From Vulcanimicrobiota bacterium (lineage in GTDB: Bacteria; Vulcanimicrobiota; Vulcanimicrobiia; Vulcanimicrobiales; Vulcanimicrobiaceae), in NCBI GenBank assembly GCA_963695225.1, contig OY968762.1, positions 1,888,001 to 1,952,000 on the forward strand: a stretch of DNA of 64,000 nt, in the 5' to 3' direction. Positions within the stretch are counted from its first letter, which is position 1. The number at the start of each line of letters is the position of its first letter. A program made the translations under genes and the position numbers. The notes beneath the pieces were generated by a model. The model did no database searches. It was not told the DNA's origin and saw only the letters and a program-made list of their open reading frames with translations. Of this stretch, positions 28,041 to 38,298 are shown piece after piece.

Positions 28041-28784
28041 ATGAACCTGCTACGGATGTTCTACGTGCAGACGAAGATGCACTTTCTCTGGTACTTCCGC
28101 CGCGACGGCGAGATGATGTTCTGGACGCTCGCGATGCCGGTGTTCTTTCTCGTACTCTTCTCGTTCGCGTTCTCGACGGGCCCGAACTCGAAATCTTCGG
28201 CCTTCCTCGTGCCCGGCATCATCGGCGCACAGGTGTTGAGCTCGGGGTTCTGGGGCGTCGGCGTGATGCTCGCGACGTTCCGCGAGAAGCATCTGCTGCG
28301 CCGCGTCTACCTGACGCCGATCCCGCCTTGGATCTTCTTCGCATCGCTCGTCGTGTACCGCATGACGCTGCTCGCGATTCAGGCGACCGTTCTCGTCACG
28401 GCGGGCGCGCTGCTCTTCCACGTGCGCATCATCGGCAACCCGTTCGAGATCCTCGCGATCCTGCTGCTCGGGACGGCGACGTTCGTCTCGCTCGGGACGA
28501 TCATCGGCGCGCTCGCGAGGACGACGGAGAGCGCGAACAACATCGCCTCGATCTTGACGGTGCCGCTCGCGTTCATCTCCGATGCCTACGTACCGATCGA
28601 TCGCTTCCCGCACGCGGTCAGCTCCGCGCTGCGCCTGCTCCCATCGACGCAGTTCATCGACATCTTCCGCTCCGTCTCCATCGACGGAAGTTCGCTGATG
28701 CAATTCGGGTGGTGGATCCTCGCGCTGTGCCTGTGGACGATCGCCGGAACCGTCGTGAGCGCGCGCACGTTCCGCTGGGTGTAA
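28041..28784 (+). CDS. ABC-2 type exporter permease
   Basis: Six TM, REKHLLRR, C-terminal TFRWV. Confidence 0.9.
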   Translation: MNLLRMFYVQTKMHFLWYFRRDGEMMFWTLAMPVFFLVLFSFAFSTGPNSKSSAFLVPGIIGAQVLSSGFWGVGVMLATFREKHLLRRVYLTPIPPWIFFASLVVYRMTLLAIQATVLVTAGALLFHVRIIGNPFEILAILLLGTATFVSLGTIIGALARTTESANNIASILTVPLAFISDAYVPIDRFPHAVSSALRLLPSTQFIDIFRSVSIDGSSLMQFGWWILALCLWTIAGTVVSARTFRWV

Positions 28785-28801
28785 GGGGGGAGCGTCCGCC
28801 G

Positions 28802-29371
28802 CTATTGCGGCGCGAGAGCCTTCACGTAGTCCTGCGGGAGTTGGAAGCGCACGTAGAGATACCCGGCGTCGTTCAGCTCGGTGCCGCCGCCGGAGTGAAG
28901 GAACATCTTGGTCAGCGGCTGCCCGCTCCATTCGGTGAGGGCGTAGACGACCTGGACGTGCTGTTTGGGGTGCAGGGTGACCGGCGCATCGTTGTAGCTC
29001 GAGGCGAGGAAGGTTCCAGCCGGGCTCCCCTCCTCGATTTGCGAGCCGTCGGCCAGTTCGAAGCCGATCTCCGACTGCGGCATGTCGATCGCATCGGAGT
29101 CGCTGGGGTTCTGGACCGTCACGGTGACCATGATGTAGCCCTTGTCGTGATCGAACCCGCCGGGGATCTTGTCGACCAGCTTGCGCCCGTCGGCATGCGC
29201 GACGGTTTCGATCTTGTCGACGCGCACGTTCATGCCGGCGAACGGGAAGTACTTACCGAGCTGCATCGTGGTGAGCTTCTTGATCCCGGCTGCGTCCGCA
29301 GGTTGCGGTAGTGCGAACGCCGCGCCGGCGAGTGCCAGGACGCAGGCCGCGAGAATCGCGCGAATACGCAT
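28802..29371 (-). CDS. Exported hypothetical protein (DUF4352-like Ig fold)
   Basis: Signal peptide; YIMVTVTVQN...FELADGS...LHPKQ pattern. Confidence 0.55.
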   Translation of the reverse strand: MRIRAILAACVLALAGAAFALPQPADAAGIKKLTTMQLGKYFPFAGMNVRVDKIETVAHADGRKLVDKIPGGFDHDKGYIMVTVTVQNPSDSDAIDMPQSEIGFELADGSQIEEGSPAGTFLASSYNDAPVTLHPKQHVQVVYALTEWSGQPLTKMFLHSGGGTELNDAGYLYVRFQLPQDYVKALAPQ

Positions 29372-29580
29372 GAGCGTCTCCAAAGAAAGCGCATGGAAGA
29401 GAGGGCAGAACGAGCAAGGCATTCTCGCTTCCCACGCGCGTTCTTTCAACGCGCCGAAGCTCGCCGCCCGAAGCTCGCGAACGCCGGAAAAGAGCGGACT
29501 CGTTCACCGGCGAAGCGCTTTGCCATGAAGACCAGCGCGGAGCGTTGCGCCGGCAACGTTCCCCCGGGGAGGGCGGACGC

Positions 29581-30165
29581 GTGAAGAGCGCGCTCGTCCG
29601 CCGCATCGTGCTCGTCGCGGCGCTCGTCGCGCTCGCCGCCATTCCGGCGATCGCGCTCTACCGCTCGTACGCGCATCGGCCGAACCTCGCACCCGATTTC
29701 ACGTTGACCGATCAAACGGGGCGGAGGTTCGCGCTTTCGGCGCAGCGCGGCCGCGCCGTCGCGCTCTTCTTCGGATACGGGCATTGCCCCGACATCTGCC
29801 CGACGACGCTCGCAGCCCTCGCCCGAGCCCGGAAGAGCCTCGGCTCGCACGCAGGCGACGTCGAGATCGCGTTCGTCACGGTCGACCCGGAACGCGACAC
29901 GCCGGCAGTTCTCGGGAAGTACGTCGCGCTGTTCGATCCGTCGATCGTCGCGCTGACGGGAACGCCGGCCGAACTCGATCCGGTCTACAAAGCGTACTTC
30001 GTGTACCATGAGAAGCAGAAGCCGGACGGCTCCGCGAACGGGTACGCCGTTTCGCACAGCGCCGCCATCTACATGATCGACCGCTACGGCCGCCTTCGCA
30101 CGGTCGGGAGTTGGGACGACGATTACAAGACGCTCGCACGCACGCTCGAGGAGTTGCTATCGTGA
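29581..30165 (+). CDS. SCO family copper protein
   Basis: FGYGHCPDICP, VDPERDT, distal His (VSHSA). Confidence 0.93.
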   Translation: MKSALVRRIVLVAALVALAAIPAIALYRSYAHRPNLAPDFTLTDQTGRRFALSAQRGRAVALFFGYGHCPDICPTTLAALARARKSLGSHAGDVEIAFVTVDPERDTPAVLGKYVALFDPSIVALTGTPAELDPVYKAYFVYHEKQKPDGSANGYAVSHSAAIYMIDRYGRLRTVGSWDDDYKTLARTLEELLS

Positions 30166-30704
30166 AACGCACGCCCTTCCTTTCCGCCTTGCTCGCCGCG
30201 CCGTTCGGGCTCGCAACGCTCGGCGCCGCGGCGGACCCGGCCGTCACCGTCCGCGACGCCTGGTCGCGTCCCGCCGTCGACACGGGTGCCGCCTACTTCA
30301 CGATCGTCAACGCCGGGAAGGCCGACGATCGCCTCGTGGAAGCAACGAGCCCCGCCGCCGCGCACGTCGAACTGCACGAAGTGCTGCACGAGGCGCCGTC
30401 CGGCGCGAGCGGGATGCAAGGCCCTTCCGCCATGACGGGGATGAGCGGCGCCTCCGGCATGCCCGGCGCGATGGTGATGAAGCGCGTCGACGCGATCCTC
30501 GTCCCCGCCGGCGCGACGGTCACGCTCAAGCCGGGCGCGTATCACGTCATGTTGATCGGCCTGCGCAAGCCGCTCAAGGCAGGAGATACCGTGAACCTGC
30601 ACCTGCGCTTCGCGAAGGCCGGGACGATCGACGTGACCGCGCCGGTCCGCGAGGCGTCGATGCCGATGCAATCCGCACCCGCCTCCGCGGCGCCGATGCA
30701 CTGA
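30162..30704 (+). CDS. Periplasmic copper chaperone PCu(A)C
   Basis: DAWSRP, VELHE, M...PGAYHVML; Met-rich insertion. Confidence 0.9.
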   Translation: MKRTPFLSALLAAPFGLATLGAAADPAVTVRDAWSRPAVDTGAAYFTIVNAGKADDRLVEATSPAAAHVELHEVLHEAPSGASGMQGPSAMTGMSGASGMPGAMVMKRVDAILVPAGATVTLKPGAYHVMLIGLRKPLKAGDTVNLHLRFAKAGTIDVTAPVREASMPMQSAPASAAPMH

Positions 30705-30713
30705 GCGACCCGC

Positions 30714-31568
30714 TTATGCGGCGCTGGACTTCCGGCGCGCCGCCTTCTTCGGCTTCGTTTGCGACTCTTCGGCGCTCTCGCCTTCGGCTTCGCGGCGGCG
30801 TTTCGTCGCCTCGAGGCTCTTTTGCAGGACGTCCATCAGGTTCACGACGTTGTCGCGCATCGGCGCGGCCGGCGCGCTGACGGGGACCGTCTCGCCGGCG
30901 GCCTTCGCTTCGATCATCGCCATCAGCTCGCTGCGGTAGCGATCCTCGAACTTCTCCGGCTCGAACGTCCCCGCCATCGAATCGATCAGGAGTTTCGCGA
31001 CCTTCATCTCGTTCTCGGCCGGCGTCTCGCGCTTCGGCAACTCGAGCGTTTGCGTGCCGACGATCTCGTCGGCGAAGTGCATCAGGTTGAGCACCAGTGC
31101 GTCGCCGTTCGTTTCTACTGCGGCCAAATGCTCGCGCGAGCGGATCACGACGCGCGCGATCCCGACTTTGTTGCTCTCGCGCAACGCCTCGCGGAGCAGC
31201 GCGTACGCGTGGCGGCCTTTCTTCTCCGGCTCGAGATAATAGGGCTTGTCGAAGAACATCGGATTGATCTCGGCAAGGTCGACGAACTGCACGATGTCGA
31301 CCGACTGCGTCGCCTCGACGTTCACCCGCTTGAAATCTTCGTCGTCGAGCAGCACGTAGCGGCCCTTCTCGATTTCGTAGCCGCGCACGAGGTCGTCGTA
31401 GGCGACCTCCTCGCCGCACACGCTGCAGCGGCGGACGTTGTTGATCCGGCCCTCGTCTTTCTTGTGAAGGAAGTTGAAGCGCAGATCGTTCTCGCGGATG
31501 GCCGTGCGGAGTTTCACCGGGATCGCGACGAGCCCGAAATTGATCGCCCCGGACCAGATAGCTGCCAC
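30714..31568 (-). CDS. ku: NHEJ Ku protein
   Basis: IWSGAINFGLVAIPVKL, GYEIEKG, PYYLEP, VVNLMDVLQKS; AAGGAG RBS. Confidence 0.95.
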   Translation of the reverse strand: MAAIWSGAINFGLVAIPVKLRTAIRENDLRFNFLHKKDEGRINNVRRCSVCGEEVAYDDLVRGYEIEKGRYVLLDDEDFKRVNVEATQSVDIVQFVDLAEINPMFFDKPYYLEPEKKGRHAYALLREALRESNKVGIARVVIRSREHLAAVETNGDALVLNLMHFADEIVGTQTLELPKRETPAENEMKVAKLLIDSMAGTFEPEKFEDRYRSELMAMIEAKAAGETVPVSAPAAPMRDNVVNLMDVLQKSLEATKRRREAEGESAEESQTKPKKAARRKSSAA

Positions 31569-31674
31569 GCTCGATTGCTCCTTTTCACCCCGCGCGGGTC
31601 TCGTCGCGAGACCGGCGAGCGCCGGGGCTCTTTCACTTATCCCTTCCCCCTCTTCATTCCGGCTCAAAGCCGAT

Positions 31675-34398
31675 CTAGGGGAGCCGAATGCCGGCGGCCC
31701 ACTTGCGGCGCGCCGACTCGAGGGGCTTCTCCAGGTCTTGCGGGAGCCAAGCGTCGGCCCAGGGGTCGCCGTGCGCGGCGACGAGCGCGGGCGCGGTCGC
31801 GATCGTGTAGGCCGCGAACGCCTTCGCGGCGTCCGGGTCCTTACTCGATGCGAGCGCTGCGACGGCCTCCCACGCGAGCGGCATCGAGACCGGCGCCCCG
31901 GGCCGGGCCCGGATGCTGAAGGGGACGACGACCGTCTTCCCTTCGCCGACCTGGACGTAATCGAGATAGACCGTCGCAACCGGGCGCTTCGCGGTCATGC
32001 GCTCGAGCGTGGTCAACGCCGGATGCAGCGCGTGGACTCGCCGCGCGACGAGCTCCGCGAACATCTTCACGATCTCGTACGTGTAGCCCGCGGCAAGCGG
32101 GACGACCACGTGGAATCCGGAGCCGCCCGAGGTCTTCACGAGCGGCTTCAGCCCGATCTCGCGGAGCGCCTCTCCGAATGCCAGCGTCACGCGCACGAGA
32201 GTCGCGAGCGTGCACCCTTCCCACGGATCGATATCGAACAGCATGAAATCCGGGTGATCCAGCTTCGGCAACCGCGAGGTCCATGCGTGCAGGACGATCG
32301 CCGCCAGATTCGCGAGATAGACGAGCGTCGCTTCGTCGTCGCAGACGACGTACTCGATCTTCCCGCGCTTCGCGCTCTCGCTTGCGATCTCGACGGTTCG
32401 CACCCACGCGGGGACTCCGCGCGGCGCGTGCTTCTCGAAGAAGGACGGCGCGCCGATCCCGTCCGGGAAGCGTTCGAGCGTCAGCGGGCGGCCTCTCAGA
32501 TAGGGGAGGATCGCCCCCGCGACCGAGCGGTAGTAGTCGATCGCATTGCCCTTGGTGAAGCCGTCCTGCGGCCACAGCACCTTCGAGCGGTTCGTGATCT
32601 TCAGCGTGCGGCCGCCGACCCGGAGCGTCGATTCATCCTTGCCCGCATGGCGCGCTGCCCGCGGCTCGGCGCCGGACGGTTCCGTCGCGGGGCCGTTCGT
32701 CACGCTGCGCTCATCGGCGCGCGCGGGCGGCTCATCCTTCGACGAGCGCAGGACGGCGGACGGCACGACTTCGCCGACGGGTCGCGGGGTCTCGCGGACG
32801 CAGCTTCGCGGATCGCGATCGGAACGGAGCGCGACGAACACCGGTTGGCGCAACATCCCGTCGTTCGTCCACGAGGCGAATTCGATCTCCGCGACGAGTT
32901 GCGGCTCGACCCAATGCGCGCGCGATTGCGTCTTCGGTATCTCGCGGACCGGCGCGGTCGCGATCTCGAGCGCACGCAGGCGCGTCCCGATCTCCTCGAG
33001 CAGCCGCTCGTCGAAACCCGAGCCGACCGAACCCACGTAGACGAGCGCGTCGCCCTCGTAGAGGCCGAGCATCAGGCCGCGAAAGCTCGTGCGCCGAGCG
33101 GGGCTCTCGGTCCAGCCCACGACGACGCACTCTTGCCGGCGGCGCGCCTTGATCTTCACCCAATCGCGGCTCCGTTGCGAGACGTAGCGGCTATCGAGCC
33201 GCTTGCCGACGATGCCTTCGAGCCCCTCGCGCCGCGCGAGTTCGAACAGCGCGCGGCCGCTCCCCACGACGTGCTTGCTCAAGAGCACCCCCTGCCCGTC
33301 CGTTTTGAGCGCGGCGAGCCGCCGCTGCCGTTCGGCGAGCGGCTCGCCGCGCAGATCGCGCCCGCCCGCGTAGAGCAGATCGAACGCCACGAAGGTCGCG
33401 GGCAAATCGGCGCGCTTCCCGGCGCGCCCGAAGCGGTCCAAGCGTTGCTGCAGCGCCGCGAACGAGGAGTGCCCCCGTTCGTCCAGCACGACGATCTCGC
33501 CGTCGAGGATCAGCGGGCGCTCGCGAAAAGCGGCGGCGATCCCCTCGAGTTCGGGGAACGCTCCGTCGAAGCTCGTCCCGCGCCGCGAGCGAAAGCGCAC
33601 CGAACCGTCGCGCGCGATCGTGCAGAGCGTGCGATACCCGTCCCATTTCAGCTCGAATCCCCAGCGGTCGTCGTCGAACGCGCGGTCGACGGGCGTCGCG
33701 AGCATCGGGCCTTCGATCTCCGGAAGCGGATCGTCCGACGGATCTTTCGAGGCCCAACGCGCCGCGTTCGGATCGGCGCCGACTTCGGCGAGCGTCCGCC
33801 CGGAAACGGCGGAGGTCGCGAAGTCCTCGATGCGCCAGTTCGGATCGTCGTAATCATCGTGGTCTTTGAGGAGCAGCCACGCGTTTTCTTCCGCCTGCTT
33901 TCCGTGCATCCGCACGAGCGTGAACAGGCCGCGCAGGCGCTCCCCCGCGAGTACGAACTTGAGCTTCCCCTTCGCGATCTCCGCCGCCGGATCGGTGCCT
34001 TCGTAGAGCGCGTACAGGCCGCGGTCCCACACGATCACCTGCCCCGCGCCGTACCCGCCCTTCGGGATGATGCCCTCGAAGTCGCGGTAATCGTAGGGAT
34101 GGTCCTCGACCTGCACCGCGAGCCGCTTCTCGCCCGCCTTCATCGACGGCCCGCGCGGAACGGCCCACGATTTCAGCACACCGTCCGCTTCGAGCCGAAA
34201 ATCCCAATGCAGTCGCGTCGCGCGATGCATCTGCACGACGAACGGGCGGGAAGGGCCGCTCGACGCCGGGCCCGCGGCGCCGGCGGGCTCCGGCGTCCGG
34301 CCGAAATCGCGCTTGGCGACGTAGGCATCGAGCGCAGCGGGCGGCGCGGCCGCCTCCCCGGGCGAAGGCTCGCGGCGCGAGCCGCGCTTCTCGGACAA
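31675..34398 (-). CDS. ligD: NHEJ DNA ligase D (phosphoesterase-ligase-polymerase)
   Basis: HRATRLHWDFRLE, KWDGYR, EGIVGK, KTSGGSGFHV, FDIDP. Confidence 0.95.
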   Translation of the reverse strand: MSEKRGSRREPSPGEAAAPPAALDAYVAKRDFGRTPEPAGAAGPASSGPSRPFVVQMHRATRLHWDFRLEADGVLKSWAVPRGPSMKAGEKRLAVQVEDHPYDYRDFEGIIPKGGYGAGQVIVWDRGLYALYEGTDPAAEIAKGKLKFVLAGERLRGLFTLVRMHGKQAEENAWLLLKDHDDYDDPNWRIEDFATSAVSGRTLAEVGADPNAARWASKDPSDDPLPEIEGPMLATPVDRAFDDDRWGFELKWDGYRTLCTIARDGSVRFRSRRGTSFDGAFPELEGIAAAFRERPLILDGEIVVLDERGHSSFAALQQRLDRFGRAGKRADLPATFVAFDLLYAGGRDLRGEPLAERQRRLAALKTDGQGVLLSKHVVGSGRALFELARREGLEGIVGKRLDSRYVSQRSRDWVKIKARRRQECVVVGWTESPARRTSFRGLMLGLYEGDALVYVGSVGSGFDERLLEEIGTRLRALEIATAPVREIPKTQSRAHWVEPQLVAEIEFASWTNDGMLRQPVFVALRSDRDPRSCVRETPRPVGEVVPSAVLRSSKDEPPARADERSVTNGPATEPSGAEPRAARHAGKDESTLRVGGRTLKITNRSKVLWPQDGFTKGNAIDYYRSVAGAILPYLRGRPLTLERFPDGIGAPSFFEKHAPRGVPAWVRTVEIASESAKRGKIEYVVCDDEATLVYLANLAAIVLHAWTSRLPKLDHPDFMLFDIDPWEGCTLATLVRVTLAFGEALREIGLKPLVKTSGGSGFHVVVPLAAGYTYEIVKMFAELVARRVHALHPALTTLERMTAKRPVATVYLDYVQVGEGKTVVVPFSIRARPGAPVSMPLAWEAVAALASSKDPDAAKAFAAYTIATAPALVAAHGDPWADAWLPQDLEKPLESARRKWAAGIRLP

Positions 34399-34425
34399 CG
34401 GAGACCTCCTCTCGGTGCCGGTCTT

Positions 34426-35589
34426 CTAGTACCTATAGAACGTGCGCCAAAACCACGCGCCCCAAACGCCGAATGCAATCGAATACCCGCATAAGACCGC
34501 GCCCCAGGCGGGCATTCCACCGCGTACGCCGAGCGCCATCAAGACGAACAGAAACGGCTCGAAATCGAGCGCGTGGCGCATGCCGAACTGCGTCGCGCCG
34601 TTCGCATAGTAGAGAATCGACGGTACGAAGATCAGCAGCGTGGCCGCCCACATCGCGAGCGCGAGCCGGCGCGGCGTGCGCGCGAGAAACGCGAGCGCGA
34701 GCGCCGGGCTCGTCCACGTTAGGGCGATCCCCACGATCGTCGGGACGACGTACGGCCACTGCGCGTAGAACGCGGGCGTCAGCAGGAAGAACGAGTACAG
34801 CTCGAACGGCACGTATTTCAACTTGAACGGAGGGCCGGCCGGATCGCCGATGGGATCCTCGTGATACCAGGTCGCGTAGCCTACGTCGAACGGCTGCCCC
34901 CAGCGCAGTTCGTTATAGCCGACCCACAGCAGCGCGAACGGCAGCAAACACAGCACGTACGAGAGCAAGACGCGGCGGCGCTCTTCGGGCGAGGCTCGAT
35001 CGAGCGAGAGCAGCACGGCGTAGACGGGCACGATCAGCACTAGGACGAAACGCGATTCGAACGCCGCAGCAGCGCACAGCGCGACGATCCAGGCGCGCCT
35101 GCGCCCGAGGAGCTCGGCGAGCGCGAGGAGCGTGAATGCGACCGCCGCAACGTGCGCGATGAACCACACGTCGCCGAGCATCGCGCACCAGTAGAGATCC
35201 GTGCCGAGCAACAGAAAAGCGCACAGCCACGCATTCGTCTCGCGCGAGAGTCCGAGCCGCTCTCCGATCGTCCACGCGGCGCCGAGCGCGATTCCGCCTA
35301 GGGCTGCGGCCAGCGCGGTTTGATTCGCCCACATTCCCGTCAGCGCGACGAACGGCAACATCAGAACGGCCGGAAGCGGCGCCTCGATGATGTAATAATG
35401 CCCGCCGTACAGGAGCGCGTCGATACCCGCCTGGGGAGGATCGATCCAGACGCGCCCGTGCAAGAACGCGTCGGCGAGCAGGACGTAATTGTTGTACGGC
35501 GTGGATTTGAATCCCGAGCCGAGCATGATCGCCCCGAAAGCGAGTGCCGCGACCGCGAGCGCCGGCCTTACGGGAGAGGTTACGCGCAA
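34426..35589 (-). CDS. Polytopic membrane protein, possibly GT-C fold; start uncertain
   Basis: ~10 hydrophobic helices, YNELRWG, QFGMRHALDF. Confidence 0.65.
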   Translation of the reverse strand: MRVTSPVRPALAVAALAFGAIMLGSGFKSTPYNNYVLLADAFLHGRVWIDPPQAGIDALLYGGHYYIIEAPLPAVLMLPFVALTGMWANQTALAAALGGIALGAAWTIGERLGLSRETNAWLCAFLLLGTDLYWCAMLGDVWFIAHVAAVAFTLLALAELLGRRRAWIVALCAAAAFESRFVLVLIVPVYAVLLSLDRASPEERRRVLLSYVLCLLPFALLWVGYNELRWGQPFDVGYATWYHEDPIGDPAGPPFKLKYVPFELYSFFLLTPAFYAQWPYVVPTIVGIALTWTSPALALAFLARTPRRLALAMWAATLLIFVPSILYYANGATQFGMRHALDFEPFLFVLMALGVRGGMPAWGAVLCGYSIAFGVWGAWFWRTFYRY

Positions 35590-35684
35590 GCTGGAATAGT
35601 CAGGGCTTTCCCCCGGCTCCACCAAGGATCGACGATGCTTCCCCGAGTTTCCCGCGCGTGCACAACGCCGCCCCATTTCACGCC

Positions 35685-37289
35685 ATGAACGGCACGCGCC
35701 TTTCCTCCGTCCGCGTCGTCGTCGCAGAACCCTTCGCCGAGAGCGGCCTCGCCGTGCTCCGCGAAGCGGGGATCGAGATCGTTTCCTGCGTCGGCAAATC
35801 GCCCGATGCGCTGCACGCGGCGCTGGCGGATGCGGACGGATTGATCGTCCGTTCCGAGACGCGCGTCGACCGTGCGCTGCTCGGATTCGGCCCGAAGCTC
35901 GCCGTCGTGGCGCGCGCCGGCGTCGGCGTCGATGCGATCGACGTTCCCGCCGCGACCGAGGCCGGGATCGTGGTCCTCAACACGCCCGGCGCGAACACGC
36001 TCGCAGCTACGGAACAAACCTTCGCGCTCATGCTCTCCCTCGCGCGCTTCACCGCCGATGCGGTCGCTTCGATCCGCGCCGGAAGGTGGGAGCGCAAGCC
36101 GTTCATCGGAACGGAGCTCGCGCGCAAGACGCTCGGCATCGTCGGCCTCGGCCGCATCGGCGGCGCCGTCGCGACGCGCGCCGCCGCGTTCGGCATGAAG
36201 CTGCTCGCATACGATCCGTACATCTCCGCGGCGCGTGGGGCGGCGCTCGGCGCGCTCCTCGTCCCGCTCGATGAGCTCCTGGCGCGCGCCGACATCGTCA
36301 CGCTCCACGTCCCGCTCTCGAACCAAACGATCGGCATGATCGGGGCCGCGCAACTCGCCGCGATGAAGCGGAGCGCGCTGCTGATCAATTGCGCGCGCGG
36401 AAGCGTCATCGACGAAACGGCGCTCCTCGAGGCGCTCGATGCCGGGACGATCGCGGGCGCCGCGATCGACGTCGTCGCGCAGGAACCCCCGCCACGGGAC
36501 GGGACGGGCGCGAAGCTGCACCGCCACCCGAAGGTAATCGCGACGCCGCATCTCGGCGGCTCGACGCACGAAGCACTCGAGCGGATCGCGATCGAGCTCG
36601 CGAATGACGTCGCGAGCGTTCTGCTCGGCGGCCCCGCGGCGGCGGCCGTCAACGCGCCGATCGCCACCGGGCCGGACGCGGAACGGCAACGGCCGTTCAT
36701 CGATCTCGCCTATCGCATCGGGCGCCTCTACCCGCAGATCGCGAGCGAACCCGCCTTGCCGCCGTTCGCGTTCATCATTCAGGGGAAGCTTGCCGAATAC
36801 GATTCCGCGCCGCTCGTAACGGCGTTCCTGAGCGGGCTGCTGCAGATGACGACCGACCGGCGCGTCTCGATCGTGAACGCGCCGGCGATCGCGGCCGAAC
36901 ACGGCGTTCGCGTCGACGTCCGCACCGACGAGAACGCGGGCGCGTACTCTTCGACGATCCGCGTCGAAGGCGGCGGGACGTCGATCGCCGGAACCGCCGG
37001 TGCCGCAGGCGCGCGCATCGTCGCGATCGACGATTACGAGATCGAGACCGCGCCGACCGGCGCGATGCTCATCACCGAGCATCGCGACGTGCCGGGCGTG
37101 ATCGGCAAGGTCGGGACGATCCTCGGCGAGGACCAGATCAACATCTCGACGATGCAGGTCTCGCGCGTCAAAGCCGGCGGCGCCGCGATCATGGTGCTCG
37201 CGACCGACCGGCGCGCCGAGGCGCCGACGATCGAACGGCTGCGCGCGATCCCGGGGATCCGGAGCGTGCGGGCGATCGAATTGCCGTGA
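35685..37289 (+). CDS. serA: D-3-phosphoglycerate dehydrogenase (type I, ASB+ACT)
   Basis: RAGVGVDAID, GLGRIG, NCARG, TPHLGGST, ACT HRDVPGVIG. Confidence 0.95.
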   Translation: MNGTRLSSVRVVVAEPFAESGLAVLREAGIEIVSCVGKSPDALHAALADADGLIVRSETRVDRALLGFGPKLAVVARAGVGVDAIDVPAATEAGIVVLNTPGANTLAATEQTFALMLSLARFTADAVASIRAGRWERKPFIGTELARKTLGIVGLGRIGGAVATRAAAFGMKLLAYDPYISAARGAALGALLVPLDELLARADIVTLHVPLSNQTIGMIGAAQLAAMKRSALLINCARGSVIDETALLEALDAGTIAGAAIDVVAQEPPPRDGTGAKLHRHPKVIATPHLGGSTHEALERIAIELANDVASVLLGGPAAAAVNAPIATGPDAERQRPFIDLAYRIGRLYPQIASEPALPPFAFIIQGKLAEYDSAPLVTAFLSGLLQMTTDRRVSIVNAPAIAAEHGVRVDVRTDENAGAYSSTIRVEGGGTSIAGTAGAAGARIVAIDDYEIETAPTGAMLITEHRDVPGVIGKVGTILGEDQINISTMQVSRVKAGGAAIMVLATDRRAEAPTIERLRAIPGIRSVRAIELP

Positions 37290-37933
37290 TCTATCTCGCT
37301 CGCCACGGCGAGACGACCTGGAACGTCGCCGGGCGCTACCAGGGAAGGCTCGAATCGGCGCTCTCCGCGCTCGGAGTCCGGCAAGGGATCGCCCTCGCGG
37401 AGTACTTCGTGCAACGCCTCGAGCGGGACGAGCCGGTGCCGGCGCGCGTGCTCTCGAGCCCGCTGCTGCGCTGCACGGCGACGGCCCAGTTCACCGCGAC
37501 CCGCCTCGACCTCGCCGTCGAAACCGACGAGCGCCTGATCGAGATCGCGCACGGAACGTGGGAAGGCCGCTATCGCGAAGAGCTTGCCCGCAACGATCCC
37601 GAGCGCTACCGGAACTGGCGCGAAGACCCCGCGCACGTCGCCTTCGAGAACGGGGAGACGCTCTCCGAGGTCGCGGCGCGCTGGGAGGCGTTCGCCGCGC
37701 ATCTGCTCGCGCAGCCGGATGAAGAGATGCTCGTCGTCACCCACGACGCCGTCGTGCGCGTCGCGCTCCTGTGGCTCGAGGAGCGTCCGCTCGACGATTT
37801 TTGGGCGATGCCCGTCGAGAACGCGGCCTTCGCGCGCATCGAACGCTCCGGCAGCGGCCTGCGCCTGGTCGAAGCCTGCCACACCGAGCACCTCGCCGGC
37901 CTGCGCGCATCGATGGCCGGGCAAGCGCTCTGA
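37286..37933 (+). CDS. Histidine phosphatase, probable metal-independent phosphoserine phosphatase (PspA-like)
   Basis: RHGET, GRYQG, SSPLLR, EIAHG, VVTH; coupled to serA. Confidence 0.8.
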   Translation: MIYLARHGETTWNVAGRYQGRLESALSALGVRQGIALAEYFVQRLERDEPVPARVLSSPLLRCTATAQFTATRLDLAVETDERLIEIAHGTWEGRYREELARNDPERYRNWREDPAHVAFENGETLSEVAARWEAFAAHLLAQPDEEMLVVTHDAVVRVALLWLEERPLDDFWAMPVENAAFARIERSGSGLRLVEACHTEHLAGLRASMAGQAL

Positions 37934-38298
37934 CGCGCTCGTAGTACGCACGGTACCTGTATGACGGCGCGCGCGCGATTCGTCCCGGTGAATCGTGCCG
38001 CCGCAATGCAGGCGCGGGAAGGCGTTGCCATAAAGCCCTAGCGCATTACAGCGACGTCTTTCATGCTGCCGTGTGGTACAACGCTCGAGAAACACAATGC
38101 ACTCGCTCCGCGATCCTTACCGGGTTCGCGGCATTGCCGTTGAGCCTCGGGGCGGCGGCCCATCGCACGTTGCTTTTGCGCGCAGAGCCTGATGGCGCCG
38201 CACCTTCACGAGCGCCTCGCTGCGCGCAGCGTACGCGCGCATACAACCATCCCGCAAGCGAACCCCGCTAGGAGTTCGGCTCATCGAAGAGGAGTGTC

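Noticed and set aside
30714..34398. ligD-ku as a novel system
   Set aside because: Standard bacterial NHEJ pair with a known PE-LIG-POL domain order
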